Positions 9,045 to 18,678 of a stretch of 64,000 bases of DNA are shown one piece after another. Where the stretch lies: the sequence record MH791398.1, one strand, 5' to 3'. The notes below the pieces were generated by a model, which had not been told where the DNA came from, searched no databases, and worked only from the letters and a program-made list of their open reading frames with translations. The translations under genes and the position numbers were made by a program. Each line of letters opens with the position of its first letter. The stretch's first letter is position 1.

Positions 9045-10100
9045 ATGAACATAATTTATATCGAACGACAGTTTGCAACTAGACTTAGTTACCGGATGGA
9101 ATTGTGCACAGATCATTCCCGTGGTGTTGAGGTAAAGTATAATTTCCGTTGTCCTATATGTGGTGATAGTAAAACTGACTACAGCAAAACCCGTGGGTGG
9201 CTATACGAATCAGAGGGTCATGTTCGGTACGGTTGCTTTAACTGTAACGTTAATATGAAGCTAACCAACTATCTGTATGATAATGAACCAGAAATGTACA
9301 GAGAATTTGCAAAGGAAAAATTTGCAAACAAAGACGACAGCGAATGGTTCGAAACTAAAAAAACAGTTGAGAAACCAGTTGAACTAATCACAAAAAGTGT
9401 GATACCATATTCAACTTGTATAGCGGATCTCCCAGAAAATCACCCAGCCGTGAAATGGGTTGCTTCTCGTAAAATCCCAAAACATCAATACAAACTGTTC
9501 TTCTTTACTGCGGATTGGAAGAAGGTTGCTAATAGTGTTAAGCCAGAAACCTATCTGTATGACGATAAGAAAGAATATCGATTGGTTATCCCGATCTATA
9601 ACAAAGATGGAACATACTCATCTTTGCAGGGTCGAGCATTAGATCCAAACGTTGATAAAAGTAGACGATATTTGACTATCAAGGCTGATGACAAAGCGTC
9701 GAAAGTATATGGTATGGAACGTGTGGATCCATCAAAGACAGTTTGGATGTTGGAAGGACCAATCGACAGCGTGTTCATCCCCAACGCATGTGCTATCGTC
9801 GGTGGTGTTATGGCTCTCGAAGATGCACCGTTCCCAGATAAACGGGTATGGGTACTTGATAAAGAGGGTCGGTCCTTCGACACACTAAAACGGATCGAAA
9901 ATCTGATCAAAGCCGGTGAAAAGGTTGTCATCTGGGATGAATGTCCGTGGTCTTCCAAGGATATCAACGATTTCATAAAAAATGATGGTGCTACCATTGA
10001 TGAAGTGGTACAATACCTGAAAGACCACACATATAGTGGTTTGAGAGCTGAACTTGCACTTAGCAAGTGGCGCAAATTTGGACATAAGAGGATTTCGTGA
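9045..10100 (+). CDS. 61: DNA primase gp61
   Basis: Zn finger NFRCPICGDS...CFNC, RLVIPIYN, QGRAL, TOPRIM LEGPIDSVF and SKDIND. Confidence 0.96.
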   Translation: MNIIYIERQFATRLSYRMELCTDHSRGVEVKYNFRCPICGDSKTDYSKTRGWLYESEGHVRYGCFNCNVNMKLTNYLYDNEPEMYREFAKEKFANKDDSEWFETKKTVEKPVELITKSVIPYSTCIADLPENHPAVKWVASRKIPKHQYKLFFFTADWKKVANSVKPETYLYDDKKEYRLVIPIYNKDGTYSSLQGRALDPNVDKSRRYLTIKADDKASKVYGMERVDPSKTVWMLEGPIDSVFIPNACAIVGGVMALEDAPFPDKRVWVLDKEGRSFDTLKRIENLIKAGEKVVIWDECPWSSKDINDFIKNDGATIDEVVQYLKDHTYSGLRAELALSKWRKFGHKRIS

Positions 10101-10462
10101 TGTATACTGAAAATGAACAAGATTATAAAATGACCATTTCTGAGGTTCTTTACAACGTTTCTGTTGGAATTTTTCCTGAGTGGTGGTGTTTTGAAATTGG
10201 TCTCTGTAACCAATCGTGGCATTACTGTATTGACTTTGAGAAAATCACAAATGAATATGCCACAGAAGATGGTATGTGTGATGTTTTCTCGTTGTTTTGG
10301 GTAGAGTGGGATCATTTTTCCGGTGATAGCAGCTATCCTGTAAAATCCCCTTATGGTGATAACGCCTATGGGATGTACAATGAAGCAGATAGTCACTATG
10401 ATCTTGCTTATGGTGAGAGTCGGAAACAGCTTGCAGAATTTTTATCTAAAAAATTGAAATAA
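10097..10462 (+). CDS. Hypothetical protein; paralog of 39224-39598
   Basis: Shares GLC, W.H(F/Y)SG...YP and YG..R..LAE motifs with 39224-39598. Confidence 0.65.
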   Translation: MMYTENEQDYKMTISEVLYNVSVGIFPEWWCFEIGLCNQSWHYCIDFEKITNEYATEDGMCDVFSLFWVEWDHFSGDSSYPVKSPYGDNAYGMYNEADSHYDLAYGESRKQLAEFLSKKLK

Positions 10463-10474
10463 GAGAGAACAAAA

Positions 10475-10966
10475 ATGGAAATGAATTTTATTAGTGGTTT
10501 TGAGTATGGTGTTTGTCCTGATTTTCAACGAGAAGGGGACGCAGCTATTGACCTTCGTACCCCGGAAGCTATTATGTTGAAACCGGGTGAAGATATCATC
10601 GTTAACACTGGTATGCGATTTGATATGAGTCAGATCGATACTGGTATTCCGGGTGTTGGTATTGCTGCAATGGTTCTCCCCCGTTCGGGTCTCGGGTTCA
10701 AATTCTATACCCGGTTGGCTAACACTGTTGGTCTTATCGATGGAAACTATCAGGGTGAGGTCATGGTGAAGGTCCGGAATGAACATATTGTTAACGAAGA
10801 CGACCCGATGAGCTTCAACAAGGTTTTGCATATTCCGAAGGGTGAGCGTTTCTGTCAGATGGTGTTTATCCCTGTATTCAACCAGATCAAGTTTAACCAA
10901 GTTGATGATTTCGATACACAAACTGTTCGTGGTTCTGCTGGGATTGGTTCTTCGGGGACAAAATAA
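10475..10966 (+). CDS. dut: Trimeric dUTPase
   Basis: Motifs DAAIDL, PRSGLG, GLIDGNYQGE, FCQMVF and RGSAGIGSSG. Confidence 0.95.
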   Translation: MEMNFISGFEYGVCPDFQREGDAAIDLRTPEAIMLKPGEDIIVNTGMRFDMSQIDTGIPGVGIAAMVLPRSGLGFKFYTRLANTVGLIDGNYQGEVMVKVRNEHIVNEDDPMSFNKVLHIPKGERFCQMVFIPVFNQIKFNQVDDFDTQTVRGSAGIGSSGTK

Positions 10967-11619
10967 TGGTTACCGATTATATTACTGACTTTGAGACTTT
11001 GAATACGGTAGAAAAAGCTACCTTAGTTGAATTTTCTGTGATACCATTCAAAATGGATATTGAACATCCACCTACATTTCAAAGTCTGGTTGAATCCGGA
11101 AAGAAAATTAAATTCGACCTGAAACATCAAAAGGCTCTAGGACGTCGTGTGAGTGCGTCCACCGTGGAGTGGTGGAAATCTCAGGGAGAAGCAGCAAAAT
11201 CTCTCTTGAAGCCATCCAGCGACGATAAGACCCTATATGATGGATATATGGACATCAAAGATTGGTTTGTGGAAACCGGGGTTGAGTTTAAGAAGTCCCA
11301 TATCTGGACTCGTGGGGAAATGGATATCATTTGGTTCCGTAGTTGGTATTGTGATGCTATGGACCTAGCAGACGATGATATTTCTGCTGCTATGCCAGTG
11401 ATGTTCAATAACTTCCGTGAAGTAAGAACCGCAATCGAAGCAAACATGGATCGCGATGTTACGTATTGCCCCCTTCCTAACGGGAGTCTTCCGGGTTTCG
11501 TAAAACATAACTCACTTCATGATTGCGCTCGTGACATTCTTATGTTAATCTATTCAAAACGATATGCGTATGGTCTGGAAGATATTCCGACTGACGTAGA
11601 CCCTAACTCAATGAGGTAA
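10966..11619 (+). CDS. dexA: Exonuclease A (DexA, DEDDh family)
   Basis: ITDFETL, TVEWWKSQ, WTRG, REVRTAIE and HNSLHDCARDILML. Confidence 0.9.
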   Translation: MVTDYITDFETLNTVEKATLVEFSVIPFKMDIEHPPTFQSLVESGKKIKFDLKHQKALGRRVSASTVEWWKSQGEAAKSLLKPSSDDKTLYDGYMDIKDWFVETGVEFKKSHIWTRGEMDIIWFRSWYCDAMDLADDDISAAMPVMFNNFREVRTAIEANMDRDVTYCPLPNGSLPGFVKHNSLHDCARDILMLIYSKRYAYGLEDIPTDVDPNSMR

Positions 11620-11624
11620 TTGAA

Positions 11625-11816
11625 ATGGCTATTAAATATCTGTCTATCGAAGAATTTGAATCCATCGTTAACCAAGAGGGTGTTGTAATGCGCTCATCAT
11701 ACGACCCGGAAGGGTATACTCAAGCGTATTATCTGGATGGTGAGCTGGTTGCGCAGATGGATTGCACCGATAACGTAACCGTTCGGTTTATCGAGGTGGA
11801 TGATGGGAGCGAGTGA
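11625..11816 (+). CDS. Hypothetical protein
   Basis: 63-aa ORF packed in the operon. Confidence 0.5.
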   Translation: MAIKYLSIEEFESIVNQEGVVMRSSYDPEGYTQAYYLDGELVAQMDCTDNVTVRFIEVDDGSE

Positions 11817-12108
11817 TCTAAACCCATTCAACAATCCATGGGTTGATGTCAATGTTGATTATCAAACCAGAATTAAACCGGGGGGTTTCTTAAACCCTTC
11901 TCAAGAAGAATATATTACGTTTGAGCGATTCATAGATCTAACTTCCGTTAATGATATGGTTTCTGTAGTTCCGGACCTTGTTCACCCATCAATGGAGCGG
12001 CATCGACACTATCTTAAGATCGGTTCAAACCGTATTCATTACATGGCTACGAAAATAAAATTCACAACCAGTAAAGATACGTTATATTCTATAGAAAAAG
12101 GTTTATAA
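11800..12108 (+). CDS. Hypothetical protein
   Basis: GAGGTGG SD; overlaps the upstream stop. Confidence 0.5.
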   Translation: MMGASDLNPFNNPWVDVNVDYQTRIKPGGFLNPSQEEYITFERFIDLTSVNDMVSVVPDLVHPSMERHRHYLKIGSNRIHYMATKIKFTTSKDTLYSIEKGL

Positions 12109-12126
12109 GGGGATTCGTCCCCTTTT
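12106..12126 (+). terminator. Rho-independent terminator
   Basis: AAGGGGA-TTCG-TCCCCTTTT. Confidence 0.75.
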
Positions 12127-12141
12127 ATCATTGAGGTATAA

Positions 12142-14145
12142 ATGAAAGAACAAGAAGGTAAAATCCTAAGTGATTACGAACATATTTTCCTCAATAGTGA
12201 TATGTATGTTGGGTCGCTTTCGGAAGAAACCCATTTAGTGTTGGTTGATGGGAATTTTGTAGAAAAGCAATACATTCCGGGTTTGGTTAAAATTATCGAT
12301 GAAATTATCGATAACTCGGTTGATGAAGCTATTCGTACCGATTTCAAATTTGCTAATAAAATTGATATTGTTGTTGATGACCAGACCAATCAGGTATCCA
12401 TTTCTGATAATGGTCGTGGTATCCCACAATATGACGTAAAGACCCCGGAAGGCGAAACCATCCCATATCCACAAGCTTGTTACACCCGAGCCCGTTCCGG
12501 TGGTAACTTCTCGGCTGATCGTAAGGGTATCGGTAAAAATGGTGTTGGTTCGGTATTGACCAACCTATACTCTACAATGTTCCGTGCGACAACTTGTGAT
12601 GGGAAAAATACGGTCACAATCTATTGTACACAAAATGCAGAACACCAATCCTACACCAAGAAAAAAGGTGGCACTCAGGGTACAACTGTTGAGTTTATTC
12701 CAGATCTTCTTGATAAATTTAACATCTTTGGCGGTATGCCCCCTGATGTAGTTGATGTTATCCGTTCTCGGGTAGAAATCCTTTCTGTTTTGTTCCCACA
12801 AGTAAAATTCACATTCAATAAGAAAAAAGTAGATTCCAAGTTCAAGAAATTTGCTAGTGACTTTGGGGATCCTGTTATCTTTGAAAATGAGAATTGTTCG
12901 TTCTTTATCGGTACATCAGATGAATTCCGTCAACTGAGTTATGTTAACGGGGTTCACACTAAGCAGGGTGGTAACCACGTTGAATATCTGATAAACAGTC
13001 TATGTGATGAATTGACCCCCATGATCAAGCGTAAGTTTAAGGTCGAGATTAACAAAGCCCGTATCAAGGAAAACACTTTGCTGTTCCTTTCTCTTCGTGG
13101 CTTTGAGGGTGCCAAATTTGACGGACAAACTAAAGAACGGTTGAGTAATTCCAACGGTCAGATCAAGGATCACTGCGGGATCGATATCAAGTCCATAGCC
13201 AAAAAGATGATATCCAACGATTCTGTTATCATGCCAATTGTAGAGAGTGCAATTGCAAAACGGGATGCGGTGGAAAAGGCACTAGCGACAAAAGCACAAA
13301 AGAAGGCTTTAACTGCCAACGTACCAAAACATATCCAAGCGAACAAATATGGAAAGAAAGGGTTTGAAACCACTCTGTTCTTGACCGAGGGTGATTCTGC
13401 AAGTGGCCCACTGGGTATAACTCGCGACCACGACACTCAGGGTGGATTCCCGTTGAAGGGTAAACTTCTATCTGTTCATAAATGCGAAAAGGTAAAGGTA
13501 ATTGCCAACAAAGAGATTGCCAATATTATTTCAATTCTTGGTATGACTCTAGATGATACAAAAGAGCTACCATCAGGAGATTTCTTTGTAAATAAAGATG
13601 GTTTCATTGTTGCAGAAAATGATGAAATGTTGGTAAATGGTAAATGGGTTGAAACTCGTGGTATTGTAAACGGTAAGGATTGGGAACAAACTCTACAGCC
13701 TGATATGTTAAAATATCGTGGTCAAAAAGGGGTTCGACGTAACACCAAGGCAAATTATGATTATGTTGCTATCTTGGTAGATGCGGATCCAGATGGACGA
13801 GGACATATCAGTAACCTGATAATCTCGTTGTTCCATAAGTACTGGAAACACTTTATTGATCAAGGTCGTTTGTTGGTATGCCGTACCCCGGAATTCATTA
13901 GTCGAAACGGGAAAGAAACCGTTTGGAGTTATGATACGGTAGAATTTCACTCCAAGACGTTCAAGGGTTCTGGGTGGAAGCATGAACACGTTAAGGGTCT
14001 GGGTCAGTTAGACCGAGCTGACTACAAGAAATGTATTCGAGATCCTTATATGGAGGTTGTTCGGGTTGATGAACAAGCAGCAGATGCGTTAGAAATGTTC
14101 TTTGGAACCGAATCGGACCTTCGTAAGGTGTGGATGGATGATTAA
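12142..14145 (+). CDS. 39+60: DNA topoisomerase II large subunit, gp39 and gp60 fused in one ORF
   Basis: GHKL motifs EIIDNSVDE, DNGRGIP, GKNGVGS; TOPRIM LTEGDSA, PLKGK, DADPDG, KGLG. No stop or bypass gap. Confidence 0.96.
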   Translation: MKEQEGKILSDYEHIFLNSDMYVGSLSEETHLVLVDGNFVEKQYIPGLVKIIDEIIDNSVDEAIRTDFKFANKIDIVVDDQTNQVSISDNGRGIPQYDVKTPEGETIPYPQACYTRARSGGNFSADRKGIGKNGVGSVLTNLYSTMFRATTCDGKNTVTIYCTQNAEHQSYTKKKGGTQGTTVEFIPDLLDKFNIFGGMPPDVVDVIRSRVEILSVLFPQVKFTFNKKKVDSKFKKFASDFGDPVIFENENCSFFIGTSDEFRQLSYVNGVHTKQGGNHVEYLINSLCDELTPMIKRKFKVEINKARIKENTLLFLSLRGFEGAKFDGQTKERLSNSNGQIKDHCGIDIKSIAKKMISNDSVIMPIVESAIAKRDAVEKALATKAQKKALTANVPKHIQANKYGKKGFETTLFLTEGDSASGPLGITRDHDTQGGFPLKGKLLSVHKCEKVKVIANKEIANIISILGMTLDDTKELPSGDFFVNKDGFIVAENDEMLVNGKWVETRGIVNGKDWEQTLQPDMLKYRGQKGVRRNTKANYDYVAILVDADPDGRGHISNLIISLFHKYWKHFIDQGRLLVCRTPEFISRNGKETVWSYDTVEFHSKTFKGSGWKHEHVKGLGQLDRADYKKCIRDPYMEVVRVDEQAADALEMFFGTESDLRKVWMDD

Positions 14146-14147
14146 CA

Positions 14148-14180
14148 AAAAGGGAACCGATGGGGTTCCCTTTTCTTTTT
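14148..14180 (+). terminator. Rho-independent terminator
   Basis: AAAAGGGAACC-GATGG-GGTTCCCTTTTCTTTTT. Confidence 0.8.
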
Positions 14181-14215
14181 TATTGTGTATAATAGTGGAA
14201 AATAGAGGAATAATT

Positions 14216-14542
14216 ATGGCTAACCTAAATGATATCGCTCACTCAGTAAGACCTACAATCTCAATTGGAGACAAATCCACCGTGTGGTTTATCCGTGAAA
14301 AGCTTGTAGGGTGGTTTGAAGAAAGTGTAGAATACTGGCTTGAATGGTGTAAAGAAGATGGTATAGAACCTATCGAAGAGGTTCTAAAAGAAAATATGAA
14401 GCTTCTCAACGCAATAAAAACATGTTCTACAATCACAAAGAAAACTGTTGATTGGAAACTGGTTATGGGTTATGATGTTGACATTGATAAGCTTGCACTC
14501 GACTGGTTAGATCTATATCTTGACTATGAGGTTAAAAAATGA
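14216..14542 (+). CDS. Hypothetical protein
   Basis: GAGGA SD, ATG at 14216, with a TG-TATAAT -10 element just upstream. Confidence 0.6.
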   Translation: MANLNDIAHSVRPTISIGDKSTVWFIREKLVGWFEESVEYWLEWCKEDGIEPIEEVLKENMKLLNAIKTCSTITKKTVDWKLVMGYDVDIDKLALDWLDLYLDYEVKK

Positions 14543-14811
14543 GTATGTACAAATTCCGAAGTGACTATGAAAAAGAAGAGTTCATTTCTGTTGGTGAGGT
14601 TTTTCACGAATTTGAAGAGGATGGTATTAACTCAAACAAGTTAATCGTTGATTTTCTTAAAAAGACTGGTCGTGACGAATTTGAACTTGTGCCGTTTGTA
14701 CCTGATGAAAAATACGTTATCGATTTAGAAGAAACTCCCGATGAACTGAAAGACTTGATCTATCATTTCAGCCAAGCTGACATCGAAAACTATCTTGTGG
14801 AGATTGAATAA
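14539..14811 (+). CDS. Small acidic protein (YKFKS paralog family)
   Basis: MYKFRSDYEKEEFIS...YHFSQADIENYLVEIE; similar to the next ORF. Confidence 0.65.
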   Translation: MSMYKFRSDYEKEEFISVGEVFHEFEEDGINSNKLIVDFLKKTGRDEFELVPFVPDEKYVIDLEETPDELKDLIYHFSQADIENYLVEIE

Positions 14812-15098
14812 TGAACAAATACCGGTTTAAAAGTGAGAACCATAAACAGGAATTTCTGAATTCTTCGTGGGATTTTGAAGATGAGATGGAATTCAACTAC
14901 AACGAATCCATCTGTAAATTCTTGGATATGGAAGGTATTGACGAATTTTATGTTGACGAAACAGAAGACCATCAGTATTGTATCCTAATCGAAGACGACG
15001 ACGGTAATTTTGGAATCGCAGAAGTCATCCATATCGGTAAACCGCTTCTGTTCCACTTCTACCCAGAAGACGTACATCATTATCTCGAAGTAGTTTAA
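14811..15098 (+). CDS. Small acidic protein (YKFKS paralog family)
   Basis: KYRFKSENHKQEFLN...FHFYPEDVHHYLEVV. Confidence 0.65.
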   Translation: MNKYRFKSENHKQEFLNSSWDFEDEMEFNYNESICKFLDMEGIDEFYVDETEDHQYCILIEDDDGNFGIAEVIHIGKPLLFHFYPEDVHHYLEVV

Positions 15099-15120
15099 AA
15101 GGTTAAATGAGAAATACATT

Positions 15121-17355
15121 ATGAAAATTGTTACAAATAAACAACCTGTATTTGGGACTGTTATGGAAGAGTCCCGCGATTTTGGTATGAAGTTTGATGA
15201 AAAAGCTTATACCATTCTTAGTTCTGGGCTTTATAAATTCAAGATCCGAGCTTTCATTCGTGAATTGAGCTGTAACGCAATCGATGGTCACATTGCATTG
15301 GAAAAGATTGGTGGAACCCCACCGAAATATTTTGATGTAGAGCTTCCGTCTGATATTAATTTGCAATGGAGACTCCGCGATTATGGTATTGGTATGGACA
15401 AGGATGGTATTTTCAACTTGTTCACCACATATTTTGCATCAACCAAGGAAGATTCTGACGATTTTATCGGTGCATTTGGTCTTGGTTCTAAAAGTCCGTT
15501 CTGCTACACAACAACATTCACTGTAACATCGTGGTGTAAGGGTCTCAAAACCGTCTATAGCATCTTCATGAACAACGGTATACCAAAGTGTGTCCCCATC
15601 TTCGAAGAACCGTCAGACGAGCCCACAGGTATCGAAATCGTAATCCCTATCGATCAAGATGATATTACCGAAGTTCGGAATGAAGCTCGGGTGGTGTACC
15701 ACACATTTGATAAAGATGGATTTTATCCAAACATCATCAATCAGAATTTCGAGTTGACTAACTACAAGTCATCTGGTTACTATGGTTCCATCATGGATAA
15801 TGGCGTATATGCTGTTATGGGTGGTGTTTCTTACAAGATCCCAGCAAAGCTTTACGAAAATGAGGTTTGTTCGGTATTCTTTAATAATTCATATAACTTT
15901 ATCGATTTTCCTGTTGGGTCTCTCAATCCTCTCCCGAACCGGGAAGAATTGAGTCTTGATAAACACACACTGAATACACTGAATTCTTATTTTAAATCCC
16001 AATCGGACCAAGTTATTGATGAAGTCAATAAAAAGGTTTCTGAACATGGAAAGGATGCACGAAGTAAAATTCATGCTATTTTGTCTATGGATTTTGGTGA
16101 GCATATCTTTAACAAAGTATCAAAGATTATTGACCATAACGGCAAGTCTCTTCAAGATTGGCGCTTCTTCTACGAAAGTATTACATCTTCGAAAGAATGG
16201 TCTTTGTTTAAAGATTTCTGTGTGGATTACAGTTATAAAAACAAAAATTTCGTTTATATCGATACATTTAGTAATGCGGTGCGAAATGTTTGGAATCTTG
16301 AACGTGCAAGATATTACGGGTCGTCTCGTAAAATCGAGTTTAATGACTATTTCATGCCGTCAGTAAAGAATAAGCGATATCCATTCCCAATCCTTCTGTC
16401 TAATATGGATGGTAAGTGGAAGGTACGGATCAAGCTTCTTATGAAGTATGGTATCATTCCTAATGAACGGGTTGTTGTTATGAGCGATTACCCTTATTCT
16501 CGCAAACCTTTCAAGAATGTAACTCGAAATCTCTTTATCCAGATTGCAAAGCGTTACCACAAAGACGATATCGATGTTTTTCATGTAGAGAAGTTGTATG
16601 ATAAGCACGTTCAAGAAATTGAAGAGAAAGAAGCAGAAGAGAAGCGCCAACGTCGTTTAGAAGCACAGCGGAATAGGGCTAAAACTCCACGTTACAAACC
16701 AGACAACTCGCATTATTATAATAAAGGGTATCGCAGTACTGGCAATTTCCTTGCCAAGGATGTACACGAGCTTAGTGGGCTGTATGGTCTTCGTTCTGGC
16801 GAATATATTGTTGTTGATGGTCATGAAGTTACAGATGGACTTCAAAGTTGGTTATCTGAGATGTTTGATACAACGTTGTATGCATTTCCGAAAACCCTTG
16901 AACGACGGGCTAACATGAATGAGAATTTGACTCTCATTACAAAGGAAATGATCAAAGGTAAACTTGTTGAATATCTCAATAACAATTTAAAGGGTAATAA
17001 AATTGGTTGGAATATCAATAGGTCTGATAAGCCAAGGGTCGATATGGAAATTACTCGGGAAATGAAGGACTATTTTGGTATCTCGGAATCCGGTGATTGG
17101 GATCATGATCTTGGTAATATTTATGTTCATGCTCAAGAATATTTGACTGAACATGAATATCAAGTTTATACCGATGTTGTTGAAAACCATCGTCAGAGTA
17201 TGTATGATGTATATCATAATTTTTATGACGAAATGAAAAAGCAATTCCCCATGGAATGTGCGATTCTTAGGTTGAAGAAAAATTATAGTTGTGTAAAAAA
17301 CGAAGAGTTCGAACTTGCAACTAAACTTATTATGGAAAACTACAAAGGGGTGTAA
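15121..17355 (+). CDS. rIIA: RIIA protein (N-terminal GHKL-like domain)
   Basis: ILSSGLYKFKIRAFIRELSCNAIDGH, RDYGIGM, YFASTK, IGAFGLGSKSPFCY and LPNREELS. Confidence 0.95.
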   Translation: MKIVTNKQPVFGTVMEESRDFGMKFDEKAYTILSSGLYKFKIRAFIRELSCNAIDGHIALEKIGGTPPKYFDVELPSDINLQWRLRDYGIGMDKDGIFNLFTTYFASTKEDSDDFIGAFGLGSKSPFCYTTTFTVTSWCKGLKTVYSIFMNNGIPKCVPIFEEPSDEPTGIEIVIPIDQDDITEVRNEARVVYHTFDKDGFYPNIINQNFELTNYKSSGYYGSIMDNGVYAVMGGVSYKIPAKLYENEVCSVFFNNSYNFIDFPVGSLNPLPNREELSLDKHTLNTLNSYFKSQSDQVIDEVNKKVSEHGKDARSKIHAILSMDFGEHIFNKVSKIIDHNGKSLQDWRFFYESITSSKEWSLFKDFCVDYSYKNKNFVYIDTFSNAVRNVWNLERARYYGSSRKIEFNDYFMPSVKNKRYPFPILLSNMDGKWKVRIKLLMKYGIIPNERVVVMSDYPYSRKPFKNVTRNLFIQIAKRYHKDDIDVFHVEKLYDKHVQEIEEKEAEEKRQRRLEAQRNRAKTPRYKPDNSHYYNKGYRSTGNFLAKDVHELSGLYGLRSGEYIVVDGHEVTDGLQSWLSEMFDTTLYAFPKTLERRANMNENLTLITKEMIKGKLVEYLNNNLKGNKIGWNINRSDKPRVDMEITREMKDYFGISESGDWDHDLGNIYVHAQEYLTEHEYQVYTDVVENHRQSMYDVYHNFYDEMKKQFPMECAILRLKKNYSCVKNEEFELATKLIMENYKGV

Positions 17356-17379
17356 GCCCCTTTTTAATGAGGAAATAAA

Positions 17380-18573
17380 ATGGAAACTATCCATATTGAA
17401 AAACTTGAAGCATTGATTCGTAGCGGTATTTACGATGTAACCGGTTATAAAATAAAAGAACTTGACAACAACAGAACTTTTGCATATTACAACCTAGACG
17501 ATCTCGATGTTGTAGAACTTGTTATGTATATCGAGGAAGAACTTGATATAGATCTTGGCGATCTCGATGTACTTGAAGGATGGGAAGCCCTTACAATTAA
17601 AGAATTGATTAAATTGATGGTTGGGACTAATAAAATCGATTTGCAATTTGATGTACATGATTATTCTGAAAATAAAGTCGAAGAAAGTCGTGATGATAAA
17701 ATTATCCGACTTCATAATCTCGGAATCAGCCAAAACGAAATTTCCCGTCAAACTGGTATCCCTCGTTCAACAGTAGGTGATGTAGTTCGTCGCTATAAGG
17801 GAATTCAGAAGAAGTCGGATAAAACAATCCATTTGAAGGAAATAATCGAACCGGTTCATACCCCCGTGGTATCTTGGAATGCAAGTTATGACTTTATTAA
17901 CTGCTTCATTGATGGAACCCCATACGTTGCAGACCGAGCCCACCCACGGTTTGAAGATGCGTTTCAACTCCTGATCCGCGACAATGATGTGGTCGGTGCG
18001 GTAAACCTGATTTCTATCAAAGAAGCAATCAAAACCTATTCTTCTGGTGATATTCGGATTGAAGGCGACACACTCTACTATCGTGATATTGTTCTTGATA
18101 CATCGATGACCCGAAGAATCATTGATATGTGGGCGTCCGGGGAAGAGTTTGAGTATATGGTTACCTTCCTGAAAAACCTGTTACAGAATCCGCGCCGTGC
18201 GGCTGTATACGAGCTTTTTGACTTCCTGACTCATAGTGACATCAAAATCACCAACGATGGTCATTTCCTAGCGTACAAGCGCGTTACCGAGGATTATAAG
18301 GATATCCGCACCCACACGTTTGATAATAGTATTGGTTCTAAGCCACGAGTCGAGCCATTTGAGGTAGATGACGACCGAAACAATACTTGTGCTGCGGGTC
18401 TTCATGCTGCTGCTCGTCACTACATCCCATACTATTCATCTTGTGAGAATGACCGGGTTGTGATGGTTAAGATCAACCCAGCCCACGTCGTTGCTATCCC
18501 AACTGATTACGACAATGCGAAACTTCGTACTTGGACTTATGAAGTAATCTCAGACGTAACTCACGAGTTCTAA
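17380..18573 (+). CDS. rIIB: RIIB protein with an N-terminal acyl-carrier-protein-like domain
   Basis: HTH LGISQNEISRQTGIPRSTV and rIIB core FLKNLLQNP...ITNDGHFLAYKRV...CAAGLH...VKINPAHVVAIPTDY. Residues 1-82 are ACP-like (LDDLDVVELVMYIEEELDIDL). Confidence 0.93.
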   Translation: METIHIEKLEALIRSGIYDVTGYKIKELDNNRTFAYYNLDDLDVVELVMYIEEELDIDLGDLDVLEGWEALTIKELIKLMVGTNKIDLQFDVHDYSENKVEESRDDKIIRLHNLGISQNEISRQTGIPRSTVGDVVRRYKGIQKKSDKTIHLKEIIEPVHTPVVSWNASYDFINCFIDGTPYVADRAHPRFEDAFQLLIRDNDVVGAVNLISIKEAIKTYSSGDIRIEGDTLYYRDIVLDTSMTRRIIDMWASGEEFEYMVTFLKNLLQNPRRAAVYELFDFLTHSDIKITNDGHFLAYKRVTEDYKDIRTHTFDNSIGSKPRVEPFEVDDDRNNTCAAGLHAAARHYIPYYSSCENDRVVMVKINPAHVVAIPTDYDNAKLRTWTYEVISDVTHEF

Positions 18574-18575
18574 AT

Positions 18576-18596
18576 AAGGGGAGAAATCCCCTTTTA
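18576..18596 (+). terminator. Rho-independent terminator after rIIB
   Basis: AAGGGGA-GAAA-TCCCCTTTT. Confidence 0.75.
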
Positions 18597-18678
18597 ACAT
18601 ATGAGAAAATCAAAATCAAAACATGAGTACATTGTGATATATAATGTTTATAACAAAACACATAAGGTACTTTAAATA

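Noticed and set aside
13780-13810. T4 gene 60-type 50-nt ribosomal bypass
   Set aside because: DADPDGRG is encoded continuously, with no stop codon or gap.
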